Below are positions 1 through 12,064 of a stretch of 64,000 bases of DNA, in pieces. The position numbers and the translations under genes are program-made. Each line of letters starts with the position of its first letter. Positions within the stretch are counted from its first letter, which is position 1. The notes beneath the pieces were generated by a model. It was not told the origin of the DNA, made no database searches, and saw nothing but the letters and a program-made list of their open reading frames with translations. This stretch comes from Ptychomitrium polyphyllum (lineage: Eukaryota): positions 14,012,001 through 14,076,000 of the forward strand of contig OZ316776.1 of assembly GCA_973851085.1 (NCBI GenBank). The letters are read 5' to 3'.

Positions 1-1086
1 TCCACCACCTCTAAAAACAATAGAAAATTAGTGAACCATGAGGAGATATACATAACAGAGGTTAATGTTGCTTTGACACAAGCACAAGTGCACTTGGGAG
101 CACTTTAATTACTGACCCTTATAAATTTGGAGTCCAAACCTTACAAATCAAAGATACAATCAATGGGCAACCCAAAGAATGTCTGCAAAACAATTTTCTA
201 AATTTCACAGAGAAATTAACAATAAATTCAATGAAGGCCAATACGAGGCAGAGACTCCACGCCGAGCAGAAATTGACAGAAGATGGCCCAATCTTTACAA
301 ACAGCTTGCTTGGCACAAATTAATTTAAATTTGAGTAACTGGTAGCTTCAGCAAATAGGCTCAAATTTTTTGTACAAGAATTTCTTTGAACGCTTTTGTT
401 TTTAACATCGGCCTTTTTATTTTGTTTTTTTATTTCCAACACTTGTATTGAAAGAAGTACTTCAAAAAAAGGAAATACTATTGATTGAAGACTTAATTAA
501 ATCTATAGGCCCACTATGTAAATGAGTTGCATTTATAATTTTTTTGCATTATCAAACTTTAATTCAATGGTCCTACAATCAACACACTATATAGTAGAAG
601 GTTTATTCAAACAAGGTGGAGGAACAAATAGTAGCCAGTAGTACTAAGAATTAGACTTGGTAGGCCAGTAATATTATTCCTTGTTATGGTCGGTAACTAC
701 CAAGTAGTCAAAGATTGGTAGTTTTTAATTAATAATAAATATTAAATAAAAGACAATTTAGACAAGTCTATAATTTATAATTACCAAATAGAAGAAAAAT
801 GGTAGCTTCACAAACCAAGATATGGAAATATCCTAAAAATTTCTATAATGAAGGTACATATATAAAAATTATAATATACTAAAGTATAGTTGATGCATAA
901 TCACCTAGTTTGGAGTGTACAAATTGATCAATAAAAAACAAAATACAGCACACCTTCAACTTTCTTGGTTGAAGGTTTAAATACTATTTTCTACATCCTA
1001 TAATAGTGGATTTGCATCCATTATTTGAACTAATAGATTAATACTATCATCTGATAGTTACCATTGGAATATATCTAGTAGTTACT

Positions 1087-1154
1087 GTTGAAAGATGTCA
1101 TGTAGTTACCGCTAGTGAATGTTGAAAGATGTCATGTAATTACCGCTAGTGAAT
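1087..1154. repeat. 34-bp tandem duplication (2 copies)
   Basis: GTTGAAAGATGTCATGTA(G/A)TTACCGCTAGTGAAT at 1087-1120 and 1121-1154. Confidence 0.9.
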
Positions 1155-1388
1155 GTTTGATAACACTAAAAGAAAAAAATTGGTAGAAAAAGTCCAGTAG
1201 GCCAGTAAGATTATTCCCCTTCTAGACTAAGTTTATATTTGAAAATTGAGAAAATGAACTACTAAAACATCTCATGAAATTGAAGTCAATAAGGTGTTTG
1301 GCGTGCAAAAGGAAGAGTAGAGTTGAGAGGGGAAGGAGGAATAGTAGCAACAATGGTAGGAAAAAGAAGAATTTGTGGCCTTGTAGGA

Positions 1389-2533
1389 TGTCGCGCACCT
1401 CTCGTTTAGGAGTGCCCGCAACACTAAGGGCACAAGGGGGATCCCGGAGTGACGTCCAGGACTTGTGGCGCCAATAGTGAAAAGAACCGAGTTGGCCTAG
1501 CGTGGGAAGGATCCCTAAGAGGAGAAACATCTTTGCCCATGTAGACCGAGGGCCACGAGGAATAAATTGTAGGCATTGGAGGAATCACAAAGAGCTGATT
1601 CTAGAATGCTAAAGATTGCTCGAATCGGACAAGGAAGCTAAAAGTTATGACATCCTAAAGTTGGGGTTGCCAAAGAGTTGTTCTGGACTGTGGCAGCCCT
1701 ACATAGTGACTGTATTGGAGTGGGACAGTCCAGGGAGGGACTCCCCGGGAGTCCCGAACCTTGGAAGAGGCGTATCTACCACACTATTAATTCAAATCGG
1801 ACGTTTAAGGAATCTATAGGCATCTACGCAAAGAGCAAATGACGATAGAGTGGTTGTTTGATACATTTGGGCACCGAAAAAAAAAGATATGGCTCCCTGA
1901 AGGTCCGCAGGGAGTTCCGGAGGCTTCCAACGGCTAAGTCCTTAGGGAGATCAGGTGGTCTTCCAAAACTTTTGGTGTGTCAGGGCTCAGCTAGCTACAG
2001 AGGGCCAGGGGGCCTGCCAAATCCCACAAAGAGTATTATAGGGGAGGGCTGGTCCCCCTCCCCACTCCCCTAGTGTCTCGGTAGGAACCAAGGGTGAGTC
2101 CCGGTTGGTGGAGCTAGTGTTGGGGCTTCACCACGGGGACTAACACACCATTGTGAGCCGGTGGACGGCCGGTTTTACGGAGGAAACTAGCACGTTCAAA
2201 AGGGTACGCTTATTACCACTAAATTGGGGTGGTGTCTTCACGCCGGCACCATGATGGCCCGGAGTGATTTTAGGATCACATGGGGATCATGAATGGTGGT
2301 GAGGAGACACCACTAAGTGCGGTTAGGCCGTGTGGAATGGAAATAACACCAAGTGAGGCCTTGGACATGAATGGAAGTCCTCACTTAATCATTGGCTACC
2401 CATCAATTGGGTGTCCTAAGAGAAATGGTAGAGGGACTTAGAAAGTGAGAATGGGGGTTAATCATGTGCATGTAGGGGTGTACAGGGTTGATGCGCGTGA
2501 CGCTTACTAAGGTGCATTACGAGGGTTGTGACA
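1389..2533 (+). mobile_element. Solo LTR, family A (same family as the chromovirus at 15073-22860)
   Basis: TGTCGC...GTGACA termini with a perfect 5-bp TSD TAGGA (1384-1388 / 2534-2538). The sequence is the reverse complement of the LTRs at 15073-16223, 21696-22860 and 39578-40733. Confidence 0.93.
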
Positions 2534-4153
2534 TAGGAGGTATTAATAGATTAATATTAGCAATAGGAGAAGAATTTGATTCTAAAGAATTGACAACAAT
2601 TGTTAAAAGATAAGTAGATAAAAATGAAATGGAAGTGCTCGATATGTTGGTCAGAGGATAATTATTGTTTATGGTCAAACTATCAAAGTACTTGCCATTT
2701 GAATCATGGATGCTAAAAAAATTAGAAGAGTCTATTATCAAATTATTGTTTTTTCAACCTAGAAAGCTTTGTCAGTAGTGGTGAATGATAGCGTATTGAT
2801 TGTAAATGGTGGTATAGGTCTCATGGAAATGGTGGTGATTCTTTATAAATTATTTGCGTGCCTTTTGGTACCAATATATCGTTTGTCAGTGAAATACCTT
2901 GCTGGTCTACATTTATTACTGGTAGTGAGCGCACTCGGTAGTCAGCTGTTTGATTTAGTGTTGAAGCCCAATATTTAGAAGGGGCTAGCTGCTAAAGTCA
3001 GACAAATCGTTTTGAATGAAGTGTAGGTTGGTAGTGAGTTTGATGATGAACTATTGCTGCATCCAAATCATCCGCTAATTGTGGTTCCGTTTTAATGTCG
3101 AGGATCGGACTTGTGCTTCTTTTGGTGGTGTAAGACCAGCTTGGAAGCAATATAATCAATTAATAATTGCTAAGGTTGTATTGTCAGCAATTTTTTTTAA
3201 TAATGATGGATTTTGCACATAATACCAATTGTTCAAAATCCACATCAGCTTCTATCAAGAGTGGTAAGGTCTTAAGCTAGTTCCAAATATCTTTTTAGAA
3301 ATTTTCAATATTATGCTCTACGTATGGATGTCATGGGCATGGTTTGTAGATGGCGGTGTAGCAATGGAAAGATGAGTGGGATTAAGTAGGAAGTTGTTGG
3401 TTGAAGAAAGGTGCAAAGGCAAAGAAATTAGTGGAGATAAAAGATGGAGTACGTGTACAACAAGTAGTAGAAGGTGACAGAAATATATACTTTGGTATAA
3501 GAAAAATAATGTGAACTAAATGATTGTCAATAATGTACATATTATAAGCATTTAAAAAGCTCTTAGAAGGTATAGGAAGCTTAAAGAAGCTTCGAAAGAA
3601 GGTAAATTTGGCTTAGAAAGCTCCCACGGAAGTTACTTCCGCTTCAAAACCTTCTGAGGAAGCAACTTTATAATCCACCTTGGATTTATACAATGTCCAC
3701 GTAGATGTATTTCAATTTGGCCATTTAAAAGTAAAAACTACAAATTGACTGCAATAAATAAAATCAAACGAGTCCGTTATGTTCCTTGTCATGTTTGTAA
3801 CGTTTATCACAACCGTCACACAACGAGTCATTTGATTTTTTTGCCAACTTATCATATTTGACAATCCTGTGCTAGAGCACCTAAAGTGACTTAAGATAAT
3901 AAGTGGGATACATTTGTTCTTTGACCATTATATATAGTCAAATAAAATTCTTTATTCTATTTGGATAAAGTCTTGGTCTTGATCCTCAATGCTTTTAGAG
4001 CTTTGATAACAGAATGTAACTTATTTTTTTTTAAATGAGCCTTATTAACCTCTTTATTTTTCAATATAAAAATAAAATAGAAATTACTAAATAAACAAAA
4101 ATTGAGGAGGATTCAAGAGCTAATACTAGCCAAGAGGAGGATAATTTTTCAAG

Positions 4154-4258
4154 GCAACTGTATATAATTGGATCGCGATTATGAATAACTAAATTGCAAT
4201 TGTGGGTAATGGGATCGCAATTGCGGGTAATAGAATTGCAACTGTGGGTAATAGAATG
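4154..4258. repeat. Degenerate 21-bp minisatellite (~5 units)
   Basis: Units of type GCAATTGTGGGTAATAGAATT start at 4154, 4175, 4196, 4217 and 4238. Confidence 0.75.
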
Positions 4259-4787
4259 GCATTTGAGGGCCTTTCCATCATAGACTGCAAAAGTGCAACT
4301 TGGGATTTTTGTACATGTTTTTCCTTTTTTGTGATGCGGTTTCCCTTTTGAGAGGGTCCTACACCACTTTTGGTTGGCATAGGATTAATAATCTTCCTTA
4401 TCTTTGGAAGTATAATACTTCTACTATCTGTGCTCAAATTTCTTGATAGTTTCAATAATATGGCACCCTTTAATGTTTATAGGTAACCTTCAAAACAAAG
4501 ATGTCAAAGGTATTTTTCCATCTGAGTTTGCATTAAGCATTATTATTGCATTTTTTTTTTTTTGCACATGGTGGTGTGGAATGGATGATGTTTTTTAATT
4601 GCGGATTCCACAATCAAGGCCATACCAATAGTTTTTTTTCTTGTCCTATCTTACATATAGGTGGATTTTTATATTCTATAGATGAACCATGATATGGTTG
4701 GATATTGTTGCTTTTATGCTAATGCCTTTGCCTACTAGCCAAGGATGTTCAATATTCCCTGCTCTCATTGTAGTAACTTTCTATATT

Positions 4788-6308
4788 TGTTGTGGTAAGA
4801 GTGGTAGCTATAGGAAACACAAGGTCTATTTTAGCATCTAATTGATCAAGGTCAAGATGCATGAAGAGTTTCTATTTCTAACACCCAATGAAGCAAATAC
4901 CCTACCCAAATTTTCCCTCTACGTTGCCTTGAAAATCCCAAATGCTAAATATGTCATAACTTCTAGCAAACTAATCCAAAGCTCCTAAAATTTTAACAAA
5001 ACCTTCTTAAAACATTCAATAGGCTATTCATAAATTTTGGTTGCCAAAACCTTAGTACCCTCTAAGATCCATAACTTCAAAGTTTACATTCTTCATTATT
5101 ACAGCTCCTAAATCCCTATCACTTTACTATTCCATAACTCTTCTTTTATAATAAATTCAAATTTTGAATTTTGTGTACATAATTCATATCTTATAATAAA
5201 AAATTTGTCAATAGATCAACCTTAGAAAACCCTTCAACCATCTATAATGACCAAAATTGTACAACCCCAAACTTCACTATACACTGCCTTCTATGTCCTA
5301 GTTGCATATGTCTTTGTATCTTTTGCTCAAGAAATGCAATGCTCACCAAATTTTGACACCATCTTTTTAGAGTAATTACAATCTCTTTCTACAATTTTCA
5401 CTTATAGAAGATGTTTTTACAAGAAGTTACAAACATTCAAACTAGCTGCCTTCAGAAACTCAAGGCAGCTAACTTAACTTTATTCAAACTATAGCTACAA
5501 TCAAATACTAATTCCAAATGGAGCGTGTGATGGCTTTCTAAAAAGCTTACAAAGAAAGACAAAAAAACCAACAAAAACCAACTCAAATTAAGAAATACAC
5601 TATGAGATCTCACCCAAAGAAGGGCTGCCTTCTTATTCTAGTGGGAGAGACCAAGAGAGAAGAAGAAGGCGGTGGTTAAACCGCCACATCCGCCCCTTAT
5701 CTCTCCACATCAGCTATATCTCTTTACATCAGCTCCTAATTTCCTTTATCAAATCCTTATCTAACCATATCTTCAAAACTTAAATTTTTTTTTTTTGTTT
5801 TTTTTTTTTTTTTTCCTTTTGGTTGAAACTTCTAGGTTCCAATTACAAAGAAGATAAAATCAACCCTCACAACTCTAAAATAGAAACTAAAAAATTAAAA
5901 TAAATTAAAGAAAGTAGGAAAAAGATTGAAAGCCAACAAGAAACAAGTTAAGAATAAAACCATTGTCAAGGTAGGTTTAAACACCAAGCCATGAATTTAG
6001 TTGATTAGATAAGTTTTAGCTGCTGAACTGGTCCAAGTTCAATTCTTGTCAAATTTGTTAAGTAGAACGATAGAACTTGACTTAGTACTGCTAGTGAATA
6101 TGGCAGGCAAAAAAATTATAGTCAACCGGCCTAATCATCCTGAGCTAAGACAAAATGCAGTTCCACATCCAAGATAAACAAAAATTGTGGTTTCACCACG
6201 ACCTTTATTTTAATCTAATTATTTCTTTTTCCTAATACTCTTTTCGAAATACACAAAATAACAAATACTTCTCAAGTTTTAAACTATACAATTAATTACA
6301 TCACAACA
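4788..6308 (-). mobile_element. Probable solo LTR, family D (inverted copy of 36931-38500)
   Basis: TGTTGTG...CACAACA termini. The interior (e.g. GGCGGTGGTTAAACCGCCACATCCGCC near 5670) is the reverse complement of ~37560-37590. No clear TSD. Strand is given relative to the other copy only. Confidence 0.65.
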
Positions 6309-6750
6309 CCATTTTCTGATTACTATCTTCAAAATTGGTTCCAATGCCTTGGCCACCTCCGCCACCTCTACTAAGAACTTTGTTAATGTTGTCGATAAAT
6401 GAAAAGATATAGTTTTACGTGCTGGGTTTGCGGTCCAATTTCCATATTAAATCCATATTCCATCCACTTAGATGGCCAATGGAAGATTGTTTTTTCTCTT
6501 TGTTTTTAGACCAAATGTCACCTCCTCCTCCATCATTTCTTTTGGTGATTCCTATTGCAAAGTGTGAAGCATATAAGGTAATCATAGTTGAAGTTTCCTT
6601 ATGTAGGACAAGAGCTTGATAGGTTGCTACTAAAAAAAAACGTATGAAGAAAAAGGCCATAGAGGAAATGGAAGCTAGAGTTCAGAAAAGGAAAGAAAGG
6701 TTTTGTATGGTGGCTAGTGTCACGTACATAGATTATGAAATTTAGTCTTT

Positions 6751-6770
6751 AGAACATTCTAGAACCTTCT
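6751..6770 (+). promoter_or_regulatory. Perfect 4-unit heat-shock element in LTR U3
   Basis: aGAAc aTTCt aGAAc cTTCt matches the alternating nGAAn consensus. Three-unit HSEs also occur at 7076-7090, 12758-12772 and 41516-41530. Confidence 0.6.
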
Positions 6771-7324
6771 AGTATACTATAATAGCTTCTTAATATACTT
6801 TTAGATGTCTCCATAGCCTTTCCATGTTCTTAGAAAGCTTCCTGAAAAAGTTCCTCCACCTAAGAAAACTTCCTAGGAAGGTTCTATCATCTTAGGTAAC
6901 TTCCTAGGAAACTTCCTCTACTTTAGAAAACTTCCTAGGAAAATTCTACTTCTTTAGAAAACTTCCTAAAAAGGTTCCGCTACCTTAGGAAACTTCCAAG
7001 GAAGTTTTCAATTCCTTAGAAGCTTCTTAGGAAGCTTCCTACATCTTAGGAAATTTCTTGGGAAGGTTCCCTAAACTTCCAGAACATTCTTAAGCCTTGT
7101 AGGAAGCTTCTTTAGAAGTATCATAGGAGATACAAACGTCATAGTATAAATAGGAGGCAAGACAAGGTATTCTTTAGTCTTGCTAACACAAGTTGTGGAT
7201 CACCTTGAATCCTGCCTTGTTCTAATCTTTATATCAAATTCTTATTAATCATTAGTTCTTTGGAAGCTAATTCTTGGCAAATATACTTCGTTTTTTGCTT
7301 CATGTTTCTTGTGTCCCTAACAGT

Positions 7325-7336
7325 TTGGCAAGACTA
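7325..7336 (+). promoter_or_regulatory. Self-priming type primer-binding site
   Basis: TTGGCAAGACTA is complementary to TAGTCTTGC(C/T)AA, which lies 30 nt after the LTR TATA box (7175-7186; 12856-12867). It is not a recognisable tRNA 3'-end complement. Confidence 0.75.
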
Positions 7337-7558
7337 TTTTTCATCTCTATCACAGCTAATGTTCTTTGAAGAAGATTGTGGATTATCCATCTTCTTTAGG
7401 ATTCCATAGCGTCTTAGAGGTTGCGGATTATCCTCCTCTAAGCTGGCACCATAGAGTTGGTTTCTCCTTCTAGAACCAAGTATTACTTCTTTCAAAGGGC
7501 GTGGATTTTCCTCCTTTGAAGATACTCATAGTCTTTCTATCTTTGAGAGTCTTAAGAA

Positions 7559-8579
7559 ATGGATAACGTGCCTGGAACATCAGAGAATAAGTTTGCAACT
7601 ATTGTAGACCTTCAAGAGTTATTAAACACAGTTCAAATAGAACTCGTCCGTTTTAATAGAACCAACAATTTGGAGCAACACACTTGGCAAGCTGAAGAAT
7701 CCAATGGTGATATTCAAAGCCTATATCTAGAAGTTGTTTGATTGCAAGAGGCCAATATTGGAAAGGAAGGCTTACGTAAAATCCATGCAGAGCCAAAGAT
7801 TAGCATGCCAGACAAGTTCGATGGATTAAGATCAAAATTAAGAGGCTTTGTTCAACAAGTAAGGCTCTTCCTTAGTTTGCATCAATCTCGCTATCCTGAT
7901 GGCACAACTCAAGTAGGGTTTGTGGCCACTCTTTTATCAAACAATGCACTATCGTTGTTTGCATCATTAATGGAGAAGCAGTCACCATTATTGAACAACT
8001 TAGATGCTTTTATAGAAGCATTGACATCTATTTTTGGAGACACTGACTAAGAGAGGGTGGCTGAAACAAGGATCCAAAATCTCAAACAAGGACAGCGCTC
8101 AGCTGCTACATATGCTGCAGAGTTTTCGACAATTAGTTTGCGACCTTAATTGGAATGATAAAGCCTTGGTCACAAGATTTTGATGGGGCTTAAGAGAGAA
8201 TGTATAGGACTTGCTACTCACAATGTCAAGAATTGAAACATTAGACAGATTCATCACTCAAGCAATAGCATGTGATAATAGACTATTTGAGAGGCGCGAA
8301 GAACAATGCTTGGGATAGCAACGAGTACATGAAAGCATGGCTACCATTTCTTCAAGAATATTGGAAAGCCGACCACAAGAACCAGAACCTATATAAATTG
8401 ATGCTGCACAGTTCAGACGTTTGACTCTAGAAGAAAAAGAAAGGCGTTGACGAGAAAATCTATGTTTGTATTGTGGCAAGTCTGGACATAAAGTGCGCGA
8501 TTGCAAAATCAAAGGATCTGCCTTTAAGGCTCAAAGCACAATAGTGGAGTTGGAAAACGAGGCTGTCCAGTCACAATAG
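7559..8579 (+). pseudogene. gag of the Tcn1-like element (stops and a frameshift)
   Basis: PKISMPDKFDG..LRGFVQQV motif, Retrotrans_gag-like core and CLYCGKSGHKVRDC zinc knuckle near 8460-8505. Confidence 0.85.
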
Positions 8580-11500
8580 GAACCATGCGACTGGCCACCA
8601 CAAGGAAACGACCATCAAATCAAGGTCTCTTACCACCTTAAAATCCTACCTCTTGTTTTATATTTCCTATTACAATAAAATTGTTAGATGATGAAATAAT
8701 TAGTGAGGCTCTCTTAGACACTGGTGCAACAATATGTTTTATGGACAAGGATTTTGCAACCAAACATCACATGGTACTTGAGAAGAAAACATACTCTACA
8801 CCTGTTGAAGTTATTGATGGACGATCTCTTCCATCTGGCAATGTTATTGAAGAAACTCAACCCCTAGAGGTTATTTTAGGAGACCAGGCATCTAAGATTG
8901 TCTTCAACATCATTCAATGCCAAACGAATCCTATTGTTTTGGGCCTTCCTTGGTTTGAATTACATAATCTAGACACTGACTGGCGCTCACGGAATGTGGT
9001 CTCAAGGAAAAAACGCCAAGGTATATGAAATCTTGGACCATCATTTATTGGAGCTAAGGCATTTATGAGAGCGGCAAAGGATTATTTAATCTATGCCATT
9101 TATGCCACGCCAATGTTTAGCTCTAGAATTGAGACTAATCAAAACATACCTTGTCAATATCAAGATTATAAAGACGTTTTTGAAAAGAAGAATGCGAACA
9201 TGTTATCAAAGCTTCGGCCTTACGACTGTACCATTGAGTTGCAAGAAGGAGTCCAATCACCTTTTGGACCTATTTATAACTTATCACAAATTGAATTGGC
9301 TGCCTTGAAAGAATATATTGATGAAAACCTTGGTAAGGATTTCATTCAATACTCTAAATCACCTACTGGAGCACCTATTTTATTTGTAAAAAAGAAAGAT
9401 GGATCATTACATATGTGCGTGGGCTATTGAGGCCTAAATAAAGTAACAAAAAAGAATCGCTTTTCATTACCATTAATCTTAGGACTCCTACAACAACTTG
9501 GCCAAGCAAAGATATTCATAAAAATTGATCTTAGAGGAGCCTACAATTTTGTAGGCATCAAAGTAAGAGACAAATGGAAGACAGCTTTTTGATCTAGGTA
9601 TGGTCATTTTGAATGCAATGTCATGCCTTTTGGCCTTATTAATGCACCCGCAGTCTTTCAACATATGATGAATGATATCTTCCATGACCATCTGGATGAT
9701 TTTATAGTCACCTACTTAGATAATATTTTGAAATATTCAAAAGATGAATAAGACTACGAATGTCATGTGCGACTAGTCTTAGAAAAACTATGCCAGTGAG
9801 GATTATATGCCAGATTGGAGAAGTGCCTTTTTTATAAATCCTCGGTTGAATTTTTGGGCTACATCATTTCCAAAGGAGGAATCCATATGGATAAGAAAAA
9901 AATAAGCAGTATCATGGAGTGGAGTACGCCAAGTTCAATTTGAGATGTTTAATGCTTCTTGGGATTTGCAAACTTCTATAGGACATTCATCAAGGATTAT
10001 TCCAAGATTGCGACACCATTAACACGTCTTACGGGGAAGCAAAAACTCATTTGGGATGAAAAGGCGGAAAAAACATTTCAAAGTTTTAAGAAGTCATTCA
10101 AGTCGGCTTCAGTTCTTATTCATCCAAATCCATCAAAGCCTTTTTATTTGGAAGCGGATGCCTCAAATTTTGCGCTTGGCTTAGTACTCTCATAATATGA
10201 TGAAGATGGGAGACTTCACCCTCTTGCCTTTTATTTAAGGAAGTTCTCAGCAGCAGAGATCAACTATAATACACATGATAAAGAACTACTTGCAATTGTG
10301 GATGAGTTTGAAGAATGGCGACACTTATTGGAAGGAGCTCAACATACTATCACGATATACACAGACCACAAGAACTTGGAATATATCATGAGTGCGCGCG
10401 TTTTGAATTGCCGTCAAGCAAGGTGGAGTATGTCGCTTTCCAGATTTGGCTTTGTTATTACCTATCGATTTGGTAGCTTACAAGGTAAGCCAGATGCCTT
10501 ATCTCGAAGATCTTATTTAGCTCCTCAACCTGGAAATGATGTTTTGAATCAACAAAGGACTATTTTATTGGAGCCTGAGAATCTTCAATTGAAAGCAGCC
10601 ATTATTACGACAACATCCCATTTTGACAAAATTTGGAAGGCTTTAAAGAATGATGTTTTTGTTTCAATTATAAAAAAGCGCCTCAAAGACAATGGAAATC
10701 CTTCAAATAGCGATGAGGATTTTGAATTCCAAGAGGGCCTATTTTATTATAAAGGACTTTTGTACCTACCTCCAGGCCCTTTGCGGTCAAAGATCCTTCA
10801 AGCACGTCATGATTTTCCAACAGCAGGATATTTTGGATTCAATAAAACAATGTAATTGATTGCTAGAGACTATTGGTGGCCACAAATGTGGAAATACGTA
10901 AAAGACTTCGTTCGATCATTCGACACTTGTGCAAGAGCCAAGATACCAAGGCACCAATCTCATGGTCTCTTCCATCCGCATTGAGTGCCAAAGGGCCCAT
11001 GGTTGTCTTTGTCAATGGATTTTATCATGGACCTTCCAAATTCCAATTCTAAGGATTCTATTTTGGTAGTAGTGGATCCATTTTCCAAAATGGCACATTT
11101 CATTCTATACAACAAGACCGTAACGGGAGAAGAAACTGCCAAGTTGTTTCTAAATCACGTCTATCACATACGTGGACTACCAGATGATATTGTATCCAAT
11201 CGAGGGCTGCAGTTCATTTCCAACTTTTGGAGGGCTCTATTCTAGTTGTTGCGTGTGAAGATTAATCTTTCTTCAGCACAGCATCTGCAAACTAATGGCC
11301 AAACCGAACGTGTAAATCAAGTTTTGGAGCAATACCTTCGTTGTAGCATAAACTACGAGCAAGACAACTGGATGGATTTCTTGCCTGTGGCAGAAATTGC
11401 TTATAGCAATACGCTGCATTTTTCAACAATCCAAAGTCCATTCTTTGCAAACTATGGCCATCATCCTTGAACAAATCCATTTCAAGTGAAGCATGTTGGA

Positions 11501-12064
11501 AGTCCTACAGCAGAGGATTTTGCAATTCAACTTGCTAAAATCCATCAAGAAATTACTTTCCAGTTAGAAGAAGCTCAAGATTATTACAAAACTTATGCAA
11601 ATTGCCATTAAAAAGACCATCCAAATTTCAAGGTTGGAGATAGCGTATGGCTCTTACAACAAAATATACATACAGAAAGACCATCAAAGAAGTTGGACTA
11701 TCAAAGGTTGGGACCGTTTGAAATCAACAAACAAATAAATCCAGTTAGTTATGGCCTAAAGCTACTACCAAGCATGCAAATTCATCCAATATTCCACGTA
11801 TTGTTGTTGGAAACCTATAACAAATCATGTATACCAGAGAGAGTTGTTTTCCCGCCCCCTCCGCTGGAAATCAATAATGAAATTGAATATGAAGTGGAAG
11901 AGATCTTAGATTCACGCATCAAGAACGGACGTGTGGAGTACCTTATACATTGGCAAGGATATGGCATCAATGACCGAACATGGGAACCTTTAACGAATGT
12001 AACAAATGCATCCGAGAAGGTACGCAAATTTCATCAAAGATATCTCCAGAAACCAGGTCAGTGA
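8558..12064 (+). pseudogene. pol of the Tcn1-like element (PR, RT, RNase H, integrase, chromodomain), many stops
   Basis: ALLDTGA protease, PILFVKKKDGSL RT, LEADASNFALG RNase H, WLSLSMDFI and GQTERVNQ integrase, [19 protein letters not shown] chromodomain. Confidence 0.92.

Noticed and set aside
3350..3880. GAAGCTTC-rich segment resembling a minus-strand LTR remnant
   Set aside because: Termini, TSD and a partner copy could not be defined, so it is left uncalled.
6848..7070. ~31-bp repeats resembling a CRISPR array
   Set aside because: They are degenerate tandem units inside an LTR U3, with no spacers and no cas genes, in a eukaryotic context.
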